Of a stretch of 64,000 nucleotides of DNA, positions 1-15,000 are shown one piece after another. The stretch is from contig CAYXGG010000001.1 in the NCBI GenBank assembly GCA_964464475.1, positions 23,174 through 87,173 of the forward strand, in the 5' to 3' direction. Under the pieces are notes generated by a model that was not told where the DNA came from, ran no database searches, and worked only from the letters and a program-made list of their open reading frames with translations. Made by a program: the position numbers and the translations under genes. The DNA is from an uncultured Planctomycetales bacterium (GTDB taxonomy: Bacteria; Omnitrophota; Gorgyraeia; Zapsychrales; JAHFFX01). Numbering within the stretch: position 1 is the first letter of the stretch; each line of letters opens with the position of its first letter.

Positions 1-5
1 TTTAT

Positions 6-3000
6 ATGTGGGTTGAATCGGATAATGACCGGGTCGCTATTACGACCGGTGACGCGGCCACCTTGACCATTTATCGGCAAGATGGGTCAACCTCAGAAGC
101 TTCTTTAACAATGACCTTGGATGATACTAATGATTGGTGGAAATCCAATTCCTGGAACCCGTCTGACCCGCGGGACACTTACTTAGCCCGAGGTACCTGC
201 GAACAAGGAGTGAGTACCTACAACTTAACCACCGATGTGAATGTCGCTGCTCAGGCCGTTAACTGGACCGATATTTCCGACATTCGTACCAATATTGATA
301 AAGCCAATTGGGATGATTTAGGCGTTCTTACCAGTCAGGGAATTAATTGGAATGATTTGGCGAGTTTAACGACCGCTGCGGTCAATTGGCAGGATTTGGG
401 TGTGCTGACGACCCAAGGAGTTAATTATTCTGACTTTGGCGTACTGACGACGAGAGCGATCAATTGGGAAGATTTTAACGTGATGTCCATCCGCGGTGTT
501 AATTGGACGGATATCGCGGCGTTGCACGCGGTTGGCGTTAATTGGAATGATTTGTATTCATTGACCTCGGTGGCAGTCAACTGGGTGGATTTAGCCTTTA
601 TGACTTCCGCGGGGGTCAACTGGTCGGATATCGCTTATATGAGCGGATCCGGAACGAACTGGACGGCGAATGTCAATTGGGACTCGTTGGCGGAATTGAC
701 CAACGCGAGTGTTAACTGGAATGATATTTATTCCATGACTTCGAGAAACATTAATTGGGAAGATTTGAATGTCATGGCGTCCTTGGGGATTAACTGGACG
801 AATTATGCGGACATGACGCTGGTGGGAACTAATTGGAATGATATTAGTGTGTTGACCGCACGCGGTATTAACTGGAATGATGTGGGTGTTCTGACGAATT
901 TAGGCGCGAATTGGACTAACTTTGCCGATTTGACACTGGCTGGAACCAACTGGAATGATCTGACCGTCCTAACCTATGCCGCCGTCAACTGGGCTGATCT
1001 CTACGCGCTAACGACGGCCGGGGCTAACTGGAATGATTTGGGTGTTTTAACAACCGCCGGCGTGAATTGGAGTGATTTAACGGTACTCAGTCGCATTACG
1101 GTCAACTGGAATGATTTGAGTGTTTTAACGTCGCAGGGAGTTAACTGGAATGATCTCTCAACGTTAACAACCGTGGGGGTCAATTGGAACGATGTTAACG
1201 TCTTAACGACACGCGGCGTCAACTGGAACGATATTGGGATCATGACCACGCAAGGCGTTAATTGGAATGATATCAGTACCTTGACATCAACGGGCGTTAA
1301 TTGGAATGATTTAACTGTGTTGACCCGCGCGGGCGCTAATTGGGATGATTTGTATACCGTTTCTACTAAGGGGCTCAACTGGGATGAATTTCAAAGTATG
1401 ACCACCAAAGGAATTAACTGGAATAGCATCGCAGACATGTCGGCCGTCGGCGTTAACTGGAATGATATTGTTGTGCTGAGTTATGCGAGCGTTAACTGGG
1501 ACGGGATTCAGGCCATGTCGGTGGGAGGAGTTAATTGGAATGATTTAGGCACCATGTCCACGGCGGGTGTTAACTGGACGGGTATGTATGATTTGTCGGT
1601 GGCGAACACCAACTGGTCAGGTCTGAATGAGATGACCACCGCTGGCATTAATTGGACGGATGTAGGTGTTTTAAGTGCGCGCGGCATTAACTGGGATGGT
1701 ATCAATGAATTAAGCATCGGTCAGGTTAACTGGGACGGAATTCAAGCGTTATCTGTCGGGCTTGTCAATTGGACGGGTATTGCCGAGCTTTCTTATTCAG
1801 GGACAAACTGGACGGAGATTGATGTCTTGAGTCGCGCGCAGGTCAATTGGACCGGTATCCAGGATTTATCTTTTGGAGGCGTTAATTGGAATGATTTAAC
1901 GGTGTTGTCCCGCGCGGGCGCTAATTGGGATGATTTATCCGTTTTATCCGCGTCTGGCGTTAACTGGACCGATATTGACATTATGTCCGATGCCGGCGTT
2001 AACTGGAATGACCTTAGTGTTCTTACTTCTCGAGCCGTTAATTGGGAAGATCTGAACGTTATGACCACGCGGGGTGTTAATTGGGACGATTTGCAGGTGA
2101 TGAGCACTCGAGGCATTAATTGGGTCAGCTTGTACGACATGTCCGTGGCTAACATTAATTGGAATTCTTTAGAAGTTATGTCGACGTCCAACGTCAACTG
2201 GGTCGGCGTTTATGATATGTCGGCGTCAAACGTCAATTGGACGGGGATTTCCGAATTATCGATCGCCAATGTGAATTGGACCGGGGTCAATGAATTGACC
2301 GCGGCCGGTGTGAACTGGAACGATCTAGCCGTCTTTACCTCTGTCGGGACGAACTGGAATGATTTTAGCGTTATAACAAACACAGCTATTAACTGGACGG
2401 ATTTGGATTTGCTCTCCAAACAAGGGGTTAATTGGAACGATTTGGCGTCGATGACTAGCGCGGGCGTGAATTGGAATGATATTACAGTCTTGAGCCGTAC
2501 AGGCGTCAACTGGACTGGTATTTATGACATGTCGGTTTCTGGTGTAAATTGGGGAGGTATTCAGGATTTGTCCGTTGCCAATACGAACTGGACGGGGATT
2601 TATGATTTGTCCGTAGGTAACGTGAATTGGACGGGCATTCAATCGCTTTCGGAAGGTAACGTCAACTGGACTGATTTAGATGTTTTAAGTCGCTCCAATG
2701 TCAATTGGAATGATCTAACGGTCATGACGGCCACCGGGGTCAATTGGACCGGACTCAATGAATTAAGCGTGAGCGCTATTAATTGGACGGGGATTCAGGA
2801 CATGACGGCGGCCGGCGTTAACTGGAATGACCTTTCTGTTTTTAGTTACGCGCAAGTGAACTGGACTGAGATTGATAATTTAAGTCGCCAAGGAATCAAT
2901 TGGAATGATTTATCCGTTATGACGGCTTTGGGCGTGAACTGGACCAGTATCAATGATTTATCCAAAGCCGCTATTAATTGGGATGACATTACGGTGATGG

Positions 3001-6000
3001 GATACGCCGGCGTTAACTGGAATGATTTGTATTCGCTTTCAACAGCGAGTATTAATTGGAATGACTTTGCGGTTATGAATGCCACGGGGGTCAACTGGAG
3101 CGACTTAGATATTTTAAGCGAAGCGGGAATCAACTGGTTGGATATCGATGTGATGTCTCGTAATGGCGTTAATTGGAACGATTTGACTGTCATGACGCGC
3201 TCGGGTGTTAACTGGACCAATTTTTCTGACATGTCCGGGACCAACTGGACCAATATTAGTGATATGGCGGCGTCGGGGGTCAACTGGACCGGCTTTACTG
3301 ATCTATCAACGGCGGGGGTTAACTGGAATGACGTCGGGGTTATGTCATCTATCGGCGTCAATTGGAATGATTTGAACAGCTTGACAACGGCGGGGGTCAA
3401 CTGGAACGACCTGGAATCTTTAAGCAGAAAAGGCGTTAATTGGAATGATCTGGAAGTGATGTCCAATACCGGAATTAATTGGGATAATTTTTATGACATG
3501 ACCCAAGGTATTAATTGGAACAACATGTATGACTTGACTCGAGCGGGAGTTAATTGGAACGATTTGACGGTGATGACATCCTTGGGGGTTAATTGGAACG
3601 ATTTATATTCATTGTCTACGGTGGGAATTAATTGGAATGATATTGATGTCATGGCCAGAGCGGGGGTCAATTGGAATGATTTAAACTCTCTTGCCGCCGC
3701 AGGGGTGAACTGGACAGGCTTAAATGAAATTACGGTCTCCGGCGTTAACTGGAATGATATTAGTGTGCTGGCTGCGGCTGGTGTCAATTGGACGGACATT
3801 GATGTCATGAGTCGTACGAGTATTAACTGGGCGGAATTTTATACCTTAACGACTCAAGGCATTAATTGGGCGAGTATCGGTTCGATGACGACCGCAGGTA
3901 TCAACTGGAACGATATTGATACGTTAAGCCGTACGGGTGTGAATTGGGATGATTTGTACGCGCTGACCACGGCCACTATTAACTGGAATGATTTTAGCGT
4001 CATGACCAATACCGCGATCAACTGGTTGGATGTTGCCGTCATGCATAACTTGGGAGTCAATTGGTCTGACCTCGATGTGTTATCCCGGATCGGAATGAAC
4101 TGGAATGATTTGCAGGTCATTACTTCGACGGGAATCAACTGGGTGGATTTGGATATTTTAAGTGACGCTGGAGTCAACTGGGCGGACATTGATATCATGA
4201 GTGAGACGGGTATCAACTGGTCTGATTTAGACATTATGCATGACGCGGGGGTGAATTGGAATGACTTGGATGTGATGAGCGACGCGGGTGTTAATTGGAG
4301 TGATTTGACGGTGATGTCGCAGTCAGGGGTGAACTGGAACAATTTTTCACTGATGTCGGGCACTAATTGGACCAACATTAGTGATATGTCTCAGACATCC
4401 ATTAATTGGTACAGTATTGAAGAGATGTCCGGCGCGGGGGTCAACTGGAATAATTTTAGCGATATGGCGGGAGTCAGTATTAATTGGAATGACGTTGCCG
4501 TCATGGCGGCGACGGGTGTTAATTGGACCGATTTGGATATTCTGACCGAAGCCGGTGTTAACTGGAACGATTTGGATGCGCTGTCCAGAGCCGGTGTCAA
4601 CTGGAATGATTTGACGGTGATGAGTACCCGAGGGGTCAACTGGAACACGATTTATGACATGACGTCAGCGGGCATTAATTGGACGAATTTTGGGGACATG
4701 TCTTCTTCCAGTGTTAACTGGGATTCCATCGCCTTAATGGGATCTGCCAGCATTAACTGGGATGATTTTTATCTTCTGACGACTAAGGGTATCAACTGGG
4801 ACGATGTGGGACGCATGACCACAGTCGGCATTAACTGGAATGATATGACGGTTTTAACGCAAGCGGGTGTCAATTGGTCAGGATTAAATGAGTTAGCTGT
4901 ATCCAACGTTAACTGGACGGGTCTTCAAGATTTGTCGACGGCCAATGTCAATTGGAACGATTTGACTGTGTTAAGCTCGGCCGTTGTTAACTGGACGGAT
5001 TTGGCTGTCCTCTCTGAGTCGGGGGTCAATTGGAATGATCTCTCCGCGCTCAGCGTTGCGGGAGTGAATTGGAATGATATTAATGTTTTGTCTTCTCGGG
5101 GAATTAATTGGAATGATTTAGGTGTTTTAACTACTGCCGGGGCTAACTGGAATGACCTAACGGTGTTGACATCGGTTGGGGTCAACTGGAATGACCTGAC
5201 GGTCTTCTCTAATATGGGCATTAACTGGATTAATTATTCAGATTTAACAACGGCCGGAACAAATTGGTCGGACATAGAAGTGTTGTCTCGCGCTGGGGTT
5301 AATTGGAATGATTTGACTGTATTAGCTCAAGCGGGTGTCAATTGGACGGATTTAGATATTATGAGCGATGCGGGCGTTAATTGGGATGATTTGAATTCCT
5401 TGAGTCGAGCGGGAATTAATTGGTTGGAAATCGATACTTTGAGTCGCGCGGGGGTCAACTGGACGGGGCTAAATGAATTGGCGATTTCTAATGTGAATTG
5501 GACGGATCTTAATAGCATGACCACCGCCGGAGTGAATTGGGCGAGTCTATATGATCTTTCGGTCGCGGGTGTTAATTGGAATGATATCTCAGCCATGAGC
5601 TATCAAGGCGTTAATTGGAATGATTTTGGAGTCATGACGACTCAAACGATCAATTGGAATAATTTAACGGTAATGAGTAGCTCCGGTGTCAACTGGACGG
5701 ACATGGCTTACTTAACCACTTCGGGCGTTAACTGGGACAACATGAGCACCATGACCGGAGTCAACTGGACTAACGTTAGTGATATGGCGTCAGCCGGCGT
5801 TAACTGGGATAGTTTTGCGGAATTAGGAAGCGCTAATGTGAACTGGACCAACGTGAGTGACTTAAGTTATGCCGGGGTGAACTGGAATGATTTGGGTGCG
5901 ATGAGTGGGGCGGGTATCAATTGGACAGAAATTGATGTATTAAGTCGTGCCAGCGTCAACTGGACAGGCATTAATGATCTGTCCACGGCCGGCGTCAACT

Positions 6001-9000
6001 GGACGGATATGGGCGTGATGAGTTCTACGGGCGTTAACTGGACGGAGATTGATGTGCTGTCGCGTTCTGGTGTGAACTGGACGGGTATTAATGATTTATC
6101 GACTTCCGGCGTCAACTGGACGGATGTCGGATTATTAAGTAGCGCCGGGGTGAATTGGAATGATTTGTCGGTATTAACATCTACGGGCGTCAACTGGGCC
6201 GATTTGGACATCATGAGTGACGCGACCATCAACTGGGCGGATTTGGATATCATGCATGATGCGGGTATTAATTGGGAAGATTTTCAAGTCCTTACTTCTC
6301 GAGGGGTTAATTGGAATGACTTAGATGTGTTGAGCCGCGCGAATGTTAATTGGACCGGTATTAATGAAATGTCTATCGCGGGAGTTAATTGGACGGGCAT
6401 TAATGATTTATCCACCGCGGGAGTTAATTGGACGGATTTAGGGGTCCTGTCAACGGCTAGCGTTAACTGGAACGATCTGACGGTGATGACTAGTCTTGGG
6501 ATTAACTGGACGGACATGGGTGTCATGTCATCTTCCGGGGTCAACTGGGTAAACTTTAATGAAATGTCCGGTGTGAATTGGACTAACTTAGGCGAAATGT
6601 CAACCTCAGGATTAAATTGGAACGATTTAACGGTGATGTCATATAGCGGTGTTAATTGGGACAGTTTTGGCGCGATGAGCACCGCGGGCATTAACTGGAA
6701 TGATATTGGAACATTATCATCGGCAGGGGTTAACTGGACAGAAATTGATGTGTTATCTCGCGCGGGCGTTAACTGGTCGGGATTAAATGATTTATCTGTT
6801 GCCGGGGTCAACTGGAATGATTTATCCGTCATGAGCTCGGTGGGAGTTAATTGGACGGAAATTGACGTGCTGTCACGCGCTGGGGTCAACTGGACGGGGA
6901 TCAATGATTTGTCAACGGCTGGAATCAATTGGACGGATGTCGGATTATTAAGTAGCGCCGGGGTGAATTGGAATGATTTGACGGTATTAACGTCGGCTGG
7001 TGTTAATTGGGCCGATTTGGACATCATGAGTGACGCGAGTATTAATTGGGCGGATTTGGATATCATGCACGATGCGGGCGTGAATTGGGATGATTTGCAA
7101 TCCATGTCGACGAGAGGTGTTAACTGGACTGACATAGATGTCTTAAGTCGTGCGAATGTGAATTGGACGGGCATCAATGAATTATCCGTTGCCGGAGTCA
7201 ACTGGGTGGGGATGCAGGATTTGTCGATTGCCGGGGTCAACTGGACCGATATTGGCGTGATGGGAGCCACGGGTATTAACTGGACCGACTGGGACGTGAT
7301 GACGCGCGCGGGCATTAACTGGAATGATTTAAGTTCCATGTCTGCTTCCGGCGTAAATTGGGCTAACTTTTCAACGATGTCTGGGGTGAACTGGACCAGC
7401 ATTAGTGAAATGGCGTCGGCAGGAATTAACTGGGATAATTTCGCGGACATTGCAGCTGCCGGTGTCAACTGGGACAACGTTTCGGTGATGTCCTATTCTG
7501 GCATTAATTGGAATGATTTTGGGGTAATGTCATCCTCAAGTATTAACTGGACGGAAATTGATGTTTTAAGTCGCGCCGGAGTCAACTGGGTTGGCGTTAA
7601 TGATCTGTCTTTGGCGGGCGTCAACTGGAATGATTTATCGGTGATGAGTGGCGTTGGGGTTAACTGGACGGAAATTGATGTTTTAAGTCGCGCGGGTGTG
7701 AACTGGACAGGAATCAATGATTTGTCCGCCGCAGGGATCAACTGGACGGACATGGGAGTTTTGAGCGCGGCCGGTATTAACTGGACCGATATTGATGTGT
7801 TGAGTCGGACCGCGATTAACTGGAATGATCTTACCGCCATGACCACGACGGGTGTGAATTGGGCTGATTTAAATTATCTGACCAACCTGGGGCTAAACTG
7901 GAATGATATTCAGGTTATGTCGTCTCGGGGAATTAACTGGGATGATTGGACGGTGTTAAGTCGGGCGGGAGTTAACTGGGATGATTTTAATCGTTTATCA
8001 TCTTCCGGAATGAACTGGGAAGATATTCAAGTCATGACGACGCGCGGCATCAACTGGACCGACGTTGATACTTTAAGTGAAGCGGGCATTAACTGGCTTG
8101 GTGTTCAAGACCTTTCGGTGGGCGGAGTTAATTGGCTTGGGATGCAGGATCTTTCTATCGCCGGGGTCAATTGGAACGATCTCAACGTGATGAGTACTTC
8201 TGTCATCAATTGGACGGATTTTGGTGTCATGAGTGTTGCGGGTGTCAACTGGACGGATATGTCGGTGATGACGCAGGCCGGTGTGAATTGGTCGAACTTC
8301 TCAACGATGTCCGGGGTCAACTGGACCAGCATTGGCGAAATGGCTTCGGCTGGGGTTAATTGGGACAATTTTGCGGACGTCGCTAACGCGGGAGTCAACT
8401 GGGATAACGTGGGTGTGATGACCTACGCCGGTGTTAACTGGAATGATTTAGGTTCCATGACCTCGGCCAATATTAACTGGACGGAATTAGACGTGTTAAG
8501 CCGCGCCGGCGTCAACTGGGTTGGTGTTAATGATTTGGCAGCGGCGGGCGTTAACTGGAATGATTTGTCGGTGATGAGCGCGGTCGGCGTCAACTGGACG
8601 GAAATTGATGTCTTGAGTCGCGCGGGGGTCAACTGGACGGGAATTAACGAGTTATCCTCGGCGGGAGTGAACTGGACCGACCTCGGTGTTTTGAGTGGGG
8701 TTGGGATCAATTGGTTTGATTTGGATGTGTTGAGCCGTACGGGGGTGAACTGGTCTGATTTAGATGTGATGTCGGATGCCAGCATTAATTGGAATGATTT
8801 TCAGGCTTTATCGTCGACCGGCATTAATTGGAATGATTTGACGGTCATGAGCGCTCAGGGCGTTAACTGGACGGAAATTGATGTCTTAAGTCGCTCCGGC
8901 GTCAACTGGACTGGCATTCAGGATTTGTCCTTAGGGGGAGTCAACTGGACTGACTTGGGAACTTTGACGGCGGCGGGAATTAATTGGAATGATTTAAACG

Positions 9001-12000
9001 CGTTGTCCACAACGGGTGTTAACTGGAATGATTTGGATGTGTTAAGTCGCGCCGGCATTAATTGGCAGGATATGACGGTGATGACTAGCTCCGGAGTCAA
9101 TTGGTCGAATTTCTCTACTATGTCGGGCGTCAACTGGACTAGCATTGGCGAAATGGCGTCGGCCGGAATTAACTGGGACAATTTTGCCGATGTCGCGGCA
9201 GCAGGAGTCAACTGGGACAACATTGGCGTCATGACGTACGCCGGTATTAATTGGAACGACATGAGTTTGATGAGTTCCATTGGTGTGAATTGGAATGATT
9301 TGCAGGTGATGACTTCTCAAGGCGTCAACTGGACATCCTTTAATGATTTGACGGTAGCTGGGATCAACTGGACGGATATGGGCTCTATGACCACGGCGGG
9401 TATTAACTGGAATGATTTGGATACGTTAAGTCGTACCGGCGTGAACTGGACGGGGATTAACGAGCTTTCGGTGGCGGGTGTTAACTGGACCGATATTGGA
9501 GTTTTGAGCGCGGCGGGGGTCAATTGGACCGACTTGGATGTGTTGAGTCGCACGGGCGTCAACTGGCTGGATTTAGGGACGATGAGTGGTGCGGGCATTA
9601 ACTGGTCAGACTTGGATATCATGCATGACGCGGGCATTAACTGGACGGATATGGATGTGATGTCTCGCTCTGCTGTTAACTGGGCAAGTTTTGGCGAGAT
9701 GTCGGGCGTTAATTGGACCAGTATTGGGGACATGGCGTCTGCCGGTGTCAACTGGGATAATTTTGCGGATGTGGCTAACGCCGGCATTAATTGGGACAAC
9801 GTGGGAATCATGACCTATGCGGGGGTTAACTGGACGGAAATCAGCACACTTTCTGCAGCAGGAGTGAATTGGAATGATTTGAGTGTTTTAACGGGGGTCG
9901 GGATCAACTGGAATGACATCACCGTCATGTCTTCCCTAGGGATGAATTGGTATGATTTGGGCGTGATGGCTGCCATCGGAGTTAATTGGTCCGACCTGGA
10001 TGTTTTAACAAAGTCGGGCGTTAACTGGACCAATTTTACTGAAATGTCTACGGCGGGCATTAATTGGGCCAGCGTGAGTGACATGTCGGGCGTTAATTGG
10101 AACAATATCACTGAGATGTCGGTTTCGGGTATCAACTGGAGCGATATTGATGTGTTAAGTCGCAGTGGGATTAATTGGAACGATATCAGTGCTTTGGCTT
10201 CGACCGGAATCAACTGGCTGGATCTGGATATTATGAGCGACGCCGGCATCAATTGGAACGACATGCAGGCGTTAACCAACGCCGGCGTCAATTGGAACGA
10301 CATTAATGTGTTATCAACCATGGGCGTTAATTGGAGTAATCTGTACGACATGACGACGTTTGGGATTAACTGGTTAGATATTGATGCGCTGTCGCGTGCG
10401 GGCATTAACTGGACCGATATCCAAACCATGAGCACGACAGGCGTTAACTGGACCGATATCGATGTCTTAAGTGACGCGGGCGTTAATTGGAGCGAGCTGG
10501 ATGTCATTACCCGCATAGGGATCAACTGGAATGATTTGCAATCGTTGACCGCGGCAGGAGTCAACTGGTTGGATATTGGCCAAATGAGCAGCATCGGTAT
10601 CAACTGGACTGACATTCAGGCGATGAGTACGACGGGAGTAAACTGGACCAGCATTTATGATATGTCGGTTACGGGAATCAATTGGTTGGATATTGATGTG
10701 ATGAGTGACGCGGGGGTCAATTGGTCCAGCGTTTCTGACTTGTCTTCGGCGGGCGTGAATTGGAATGATATTGATGCGTTAAGCCGCACGGGGATTAATT
10801 GGAATGATTTGGGAACTTTAAGCGCAGCGGGGATTAATTGGATGGATATTGGGGTGTTAAGCACAACGGGCATTAACTGGATTGATATCGATATTCTTAG
10901 TGATGCGGGCATTAATTGGGCGGACTTGGATATTTTAAGTGATACAGGTATCAACTGGGCAGACATTGAGGTGATGGGACGTACGAACATCAACTGGTCA
11001 GACATTGGGAGCTTGAGCACCGCGGGAGTTAATTGGAATGATATCGACGCTTTAAGTCGCACGGGGATTAACTGGGCAGACCTCAATACGTTAACGACTC
11101 AGGGAATTAATTGGGCTAACGTTTACGATTTGTCCACCGCAGGTATTAATTGGGCGGAAATCGACACGTTAAGCCGTGCGGGAGTTAATTGGGCGGACTT
11201 GCAAACGATGAGCGTGGCGGGAGTTAACTGGTTGAGTTTTGAAGTCATGAGTAGTGTTGGCGTGAACTGGAATGACCTGGCGGTTATGCACGCTTCGGGG
11301 ATTAATTGGCAAGATTTTACGACCATGACGACGGCCGGAGTCAACTGGGACAATTTTGTGGGGATGTCGGGCGTCAACTGGGGAAGCATTGCGGACATGG
11401 CTTCGGCGGGCATTAATTGGGATAGTTTTAGCGAAGTTTCCGCGGCCGGCGTTAATTGGGATAACATCGGGGTGATGGCAGGAGTCGGGATTAACTGGAA
11501 TGATATCAGTAGCCTATCGTCTTCTGGGGTTAACTGGAATGATATTCAAACTTTGAGTTCTTCGGGAGTTAATTGGACTAATTTTACAGAAATGTCCACG
11601 GCGGGGATTAACTGGGCTAGCGTGAGTGATATGTCTGGTGTGAATTGGAACAACATTACGGAAATGTCCACCGCTGGCATTAATTGGAATGACATTGATG
11701 TCTTAAGTCGAACGGGCGTCAACTGGGCCAATATGTACGAGATGTCGACCATGGGTATTAATTGGGCGGACATCGATGTGATGAGCGATATGGGCGTTAA
11801 TTGGTATGACATTGAACGGATGAGCACCGTTGGGCTTAACTGGCAAGACCTCGACATTATGTCGGACGCGGGTATTAATTGGAATGATTTGCAGTCGCTC
11901 AGTAACGCTGCGATCAATTGGTCTGACTTAGACATCATGACGGAAGCAGGTGTCAATTGGAACGATATTTCGGCGATGTCTTCGTTGGGAGTGAATTGGA

Positions 12001-15000
12001 ATAATCTTTATGATTTGAGTGTGGCGGGGGTTAACTGGCATGATATTGATGTGATGACCAGAAACGGTATCAATTGGTTGGATATCGACATCATGGTCCG
12101 AGCGGGCATCAATTGGGGTGACCTTAGCGTTTTAACCGCTCAAGGGGTCAACTGGAACAACCTTTATGATTTGAGTGTCGCGGGAGTAAATTGGAATGAT
12201 TTTACCGTCATTACTAATACGGGTATCAACTGGCTGGATCTGCAAGTCTTAAGCGCTCAAGGCATCAACTGGTTAAATTTTGACGATCTTTCAAAGGCCG
12301 GTATTAACTGGACAGACATCAATACTTTGAGCAGCGCCGGTATTAATTGGTCCGATGTCAGTACTATGTCAGCAGCGGGAGTTAACTGGTTAGATATTGA
12401 TACGTTATCTAGGACGGGAATTAATTGGAGCGACTTAGATGTTTTAAGTGATACGGGAATTAATTGGGCGGAGATCGACGTGTTAAGTCGCACCGGCATC
12501 AATTGGAATGACATTCAAGTTTTATCGGCACAGGGCATGAATTGGGCGAGCTTAGATGAAATGACCAAGGCCGGGATTAACTGGCTGGATATTGAATCGA
12601 TGAGTGTTAAAGGAATTAATTGGAATGATATTCAAACGATGAGCGTTTTGGGTATCAATTGGAACAATATTGATGAATTGTCCAAAGCCGGTGTTAATTG
12701 GACAGACATTGATTTAATGAGTGATACCGGTATCAACTGGTATGACGTTGAGCGACTAAGCGCTGTCGGTATTAATTGGAGTGACTTGAATGTTATGTCC
12801 ACTCAGGGGGTTAACTGGTTGGACATTGAGCGCATGAGCAATAATGGGGTCAATTGGACGGACATTTCGCTCATGTCCGGATCTGGCATTAATTGGGCTA
12901 ACTTCGCAGATATGTCGGGGGTCAATTGGTCCAGCATCAGTGACATGGCGGCGGCGGGCATTAACTGGGATAGTTTTGCGGATGTAGCCAACGCGGGCAT
13001 TAATTGGGAAAACGTTGGGGTCATGTCTTACTCGGGCATTAACTGGAATGACCTAAGCGTGATGTCTACCACCGGCATGAATTGGCTGGATATTGAACGC
13101 ATGTCCGGAACCGGTATCAACTGGTATGACATCGAGACTTTAAGCGGCACAGGTATTAATTGGTTGGACATCGATATTATGTCGGATGCCGGCATTAACT
13201 GGGGTGATTTGGATGTGTTAAGTCGGGCTGGCGTTAACTGGGCTGATATCGATGTGATGACCGAGCAGGGCGTCAATTGGGCTAATGTTTATGACCTGAC
13301 GGTCGCGGGCATTAATTGGAATGATATCGATGCGTTGAGTCGTACCGGAATCAACTGGGATGATTTGGCTTATATGGCGAATTCGGGTGTCAATTGGTCG
13401 GACATGTCAACCATGTCGGCGAGCGGTGTCAATTGGAATGATATTGCCACACTTTCCGCGACCGGGATTAATTGGCTGGATTTCGACGTGATGAGCGATG
13501 CGGGTATTAATTGGGTTAGCGTCAATGATTTGTCGCAAGCCGGTATCAACTGGTTGGATTTACAAACCATGAGCGTCACGGGAATTAACTGGGGGGATTT
13601 TGGTGTCTTAAGCGCGGCGGGCGTCAACTGGTTAAATGTGGGTGAGATGAGTTCTTCAGGAGTTAATTGGTATGACATTCAGACGTTAAGCGCTGTCGGC
13701 ATTAACTGGAGTGATATTGGCGTCTTGAGCGCAACGGGCATTAACTGGTTAGATATCGATGTCTTGAGTGATATGGGCGTTAACTGGTCAAGTATAGATG
13801 AGCTTTCCAAAGCTGGAATTAATTGGACGGACATTGATACGCTAAGCGACGCCGGAGTGAACTGGAGTGATTTTGCTTCTTTGACCGCGGCGGGAATTAA
13901 TTGGATAGACATCGACGCTTTAAGTGATGCCGGTATCAATTGGTTGGACATTGAAATTTTAGGGTCGCGCGGGATCAATTGGAATGATTTATCAACGATG
14001 AGTGCGGCCGGAATTAACTGGTATGACGTGCAAACGCTAAGTGAAACCGGCATCAACTGGAGCGATATTGGGGTGTTAAGTTCTGCCGGTGTTAACTGGT
14101 CAGATTTGGATATCATGAGTGACACCGGCATCAACTGGTTAGATTTCCAATTTATGAGTGTTTCCGGCGTCAATTGGGCGGATTTGGACATTATGACCGA
14201 TGCCGGCATAAATTGGGCTAGCATGGAAGTGATGACCGCGTCTGGAATCAACTGGGTAAACTTTAGCGATATGTCTTTTGTGAATTGGTCCACGATCAGT
14301 GAAATGTCGGCCGCGGGCATCAATTGGGATAACATTGGGGTGATGGCGGCATCCGGCATTAACTGGGACGATATTGGCTCCATGACGACTTCGGGTGTCA
14401 ACTGGTTAAGTGTCGGAGATCTATCGGCAGCGGGAATCAATTGGAATGATATTGAAAAGATGAGCACGCAGGGCGTCAATTGGAATGATTTAAACGTGAT
14501 GGCTTCTGCCGGTATTAACTGGTCCGATTTCTCCGTGTTGACTCAGTCGGCTATTAACTGGCAGAATTTTGCCGAAATGTCGGGCATTAATTGGACGAGT
14601 ATCGGCGATATGGCGGCTGCGGGTATTAATTGGGATAATTTCTCCGACGTCGCTAACGCGGGGATCAATTGGGACAACATCGCGGAAATGTCGTATACCG
14701 GAGTGAACTGGTTTGACTTTGAACGTTTGTCAACCGCCGGTATCAATTGGAACGACGTTTTTGCCATGAGCTCGACAGGAATTAACTGGAATGATCTGAG
14801 CGTCTTCTCCACCACGGGTGTCAATTGGAATGACATTTACACCATATCAACAACCGGTATCAATTGGTTTGATATCGAATCCATGAGTAACATGGGTGTC
14901 AATTGGACGGACTTGGACATTATGAGTGACGCCGGTGTGAATTGGGCGGACATTCAGATGATGGGGACGCTGGGCGTCAATTGGACTGATTTAAGTACTA

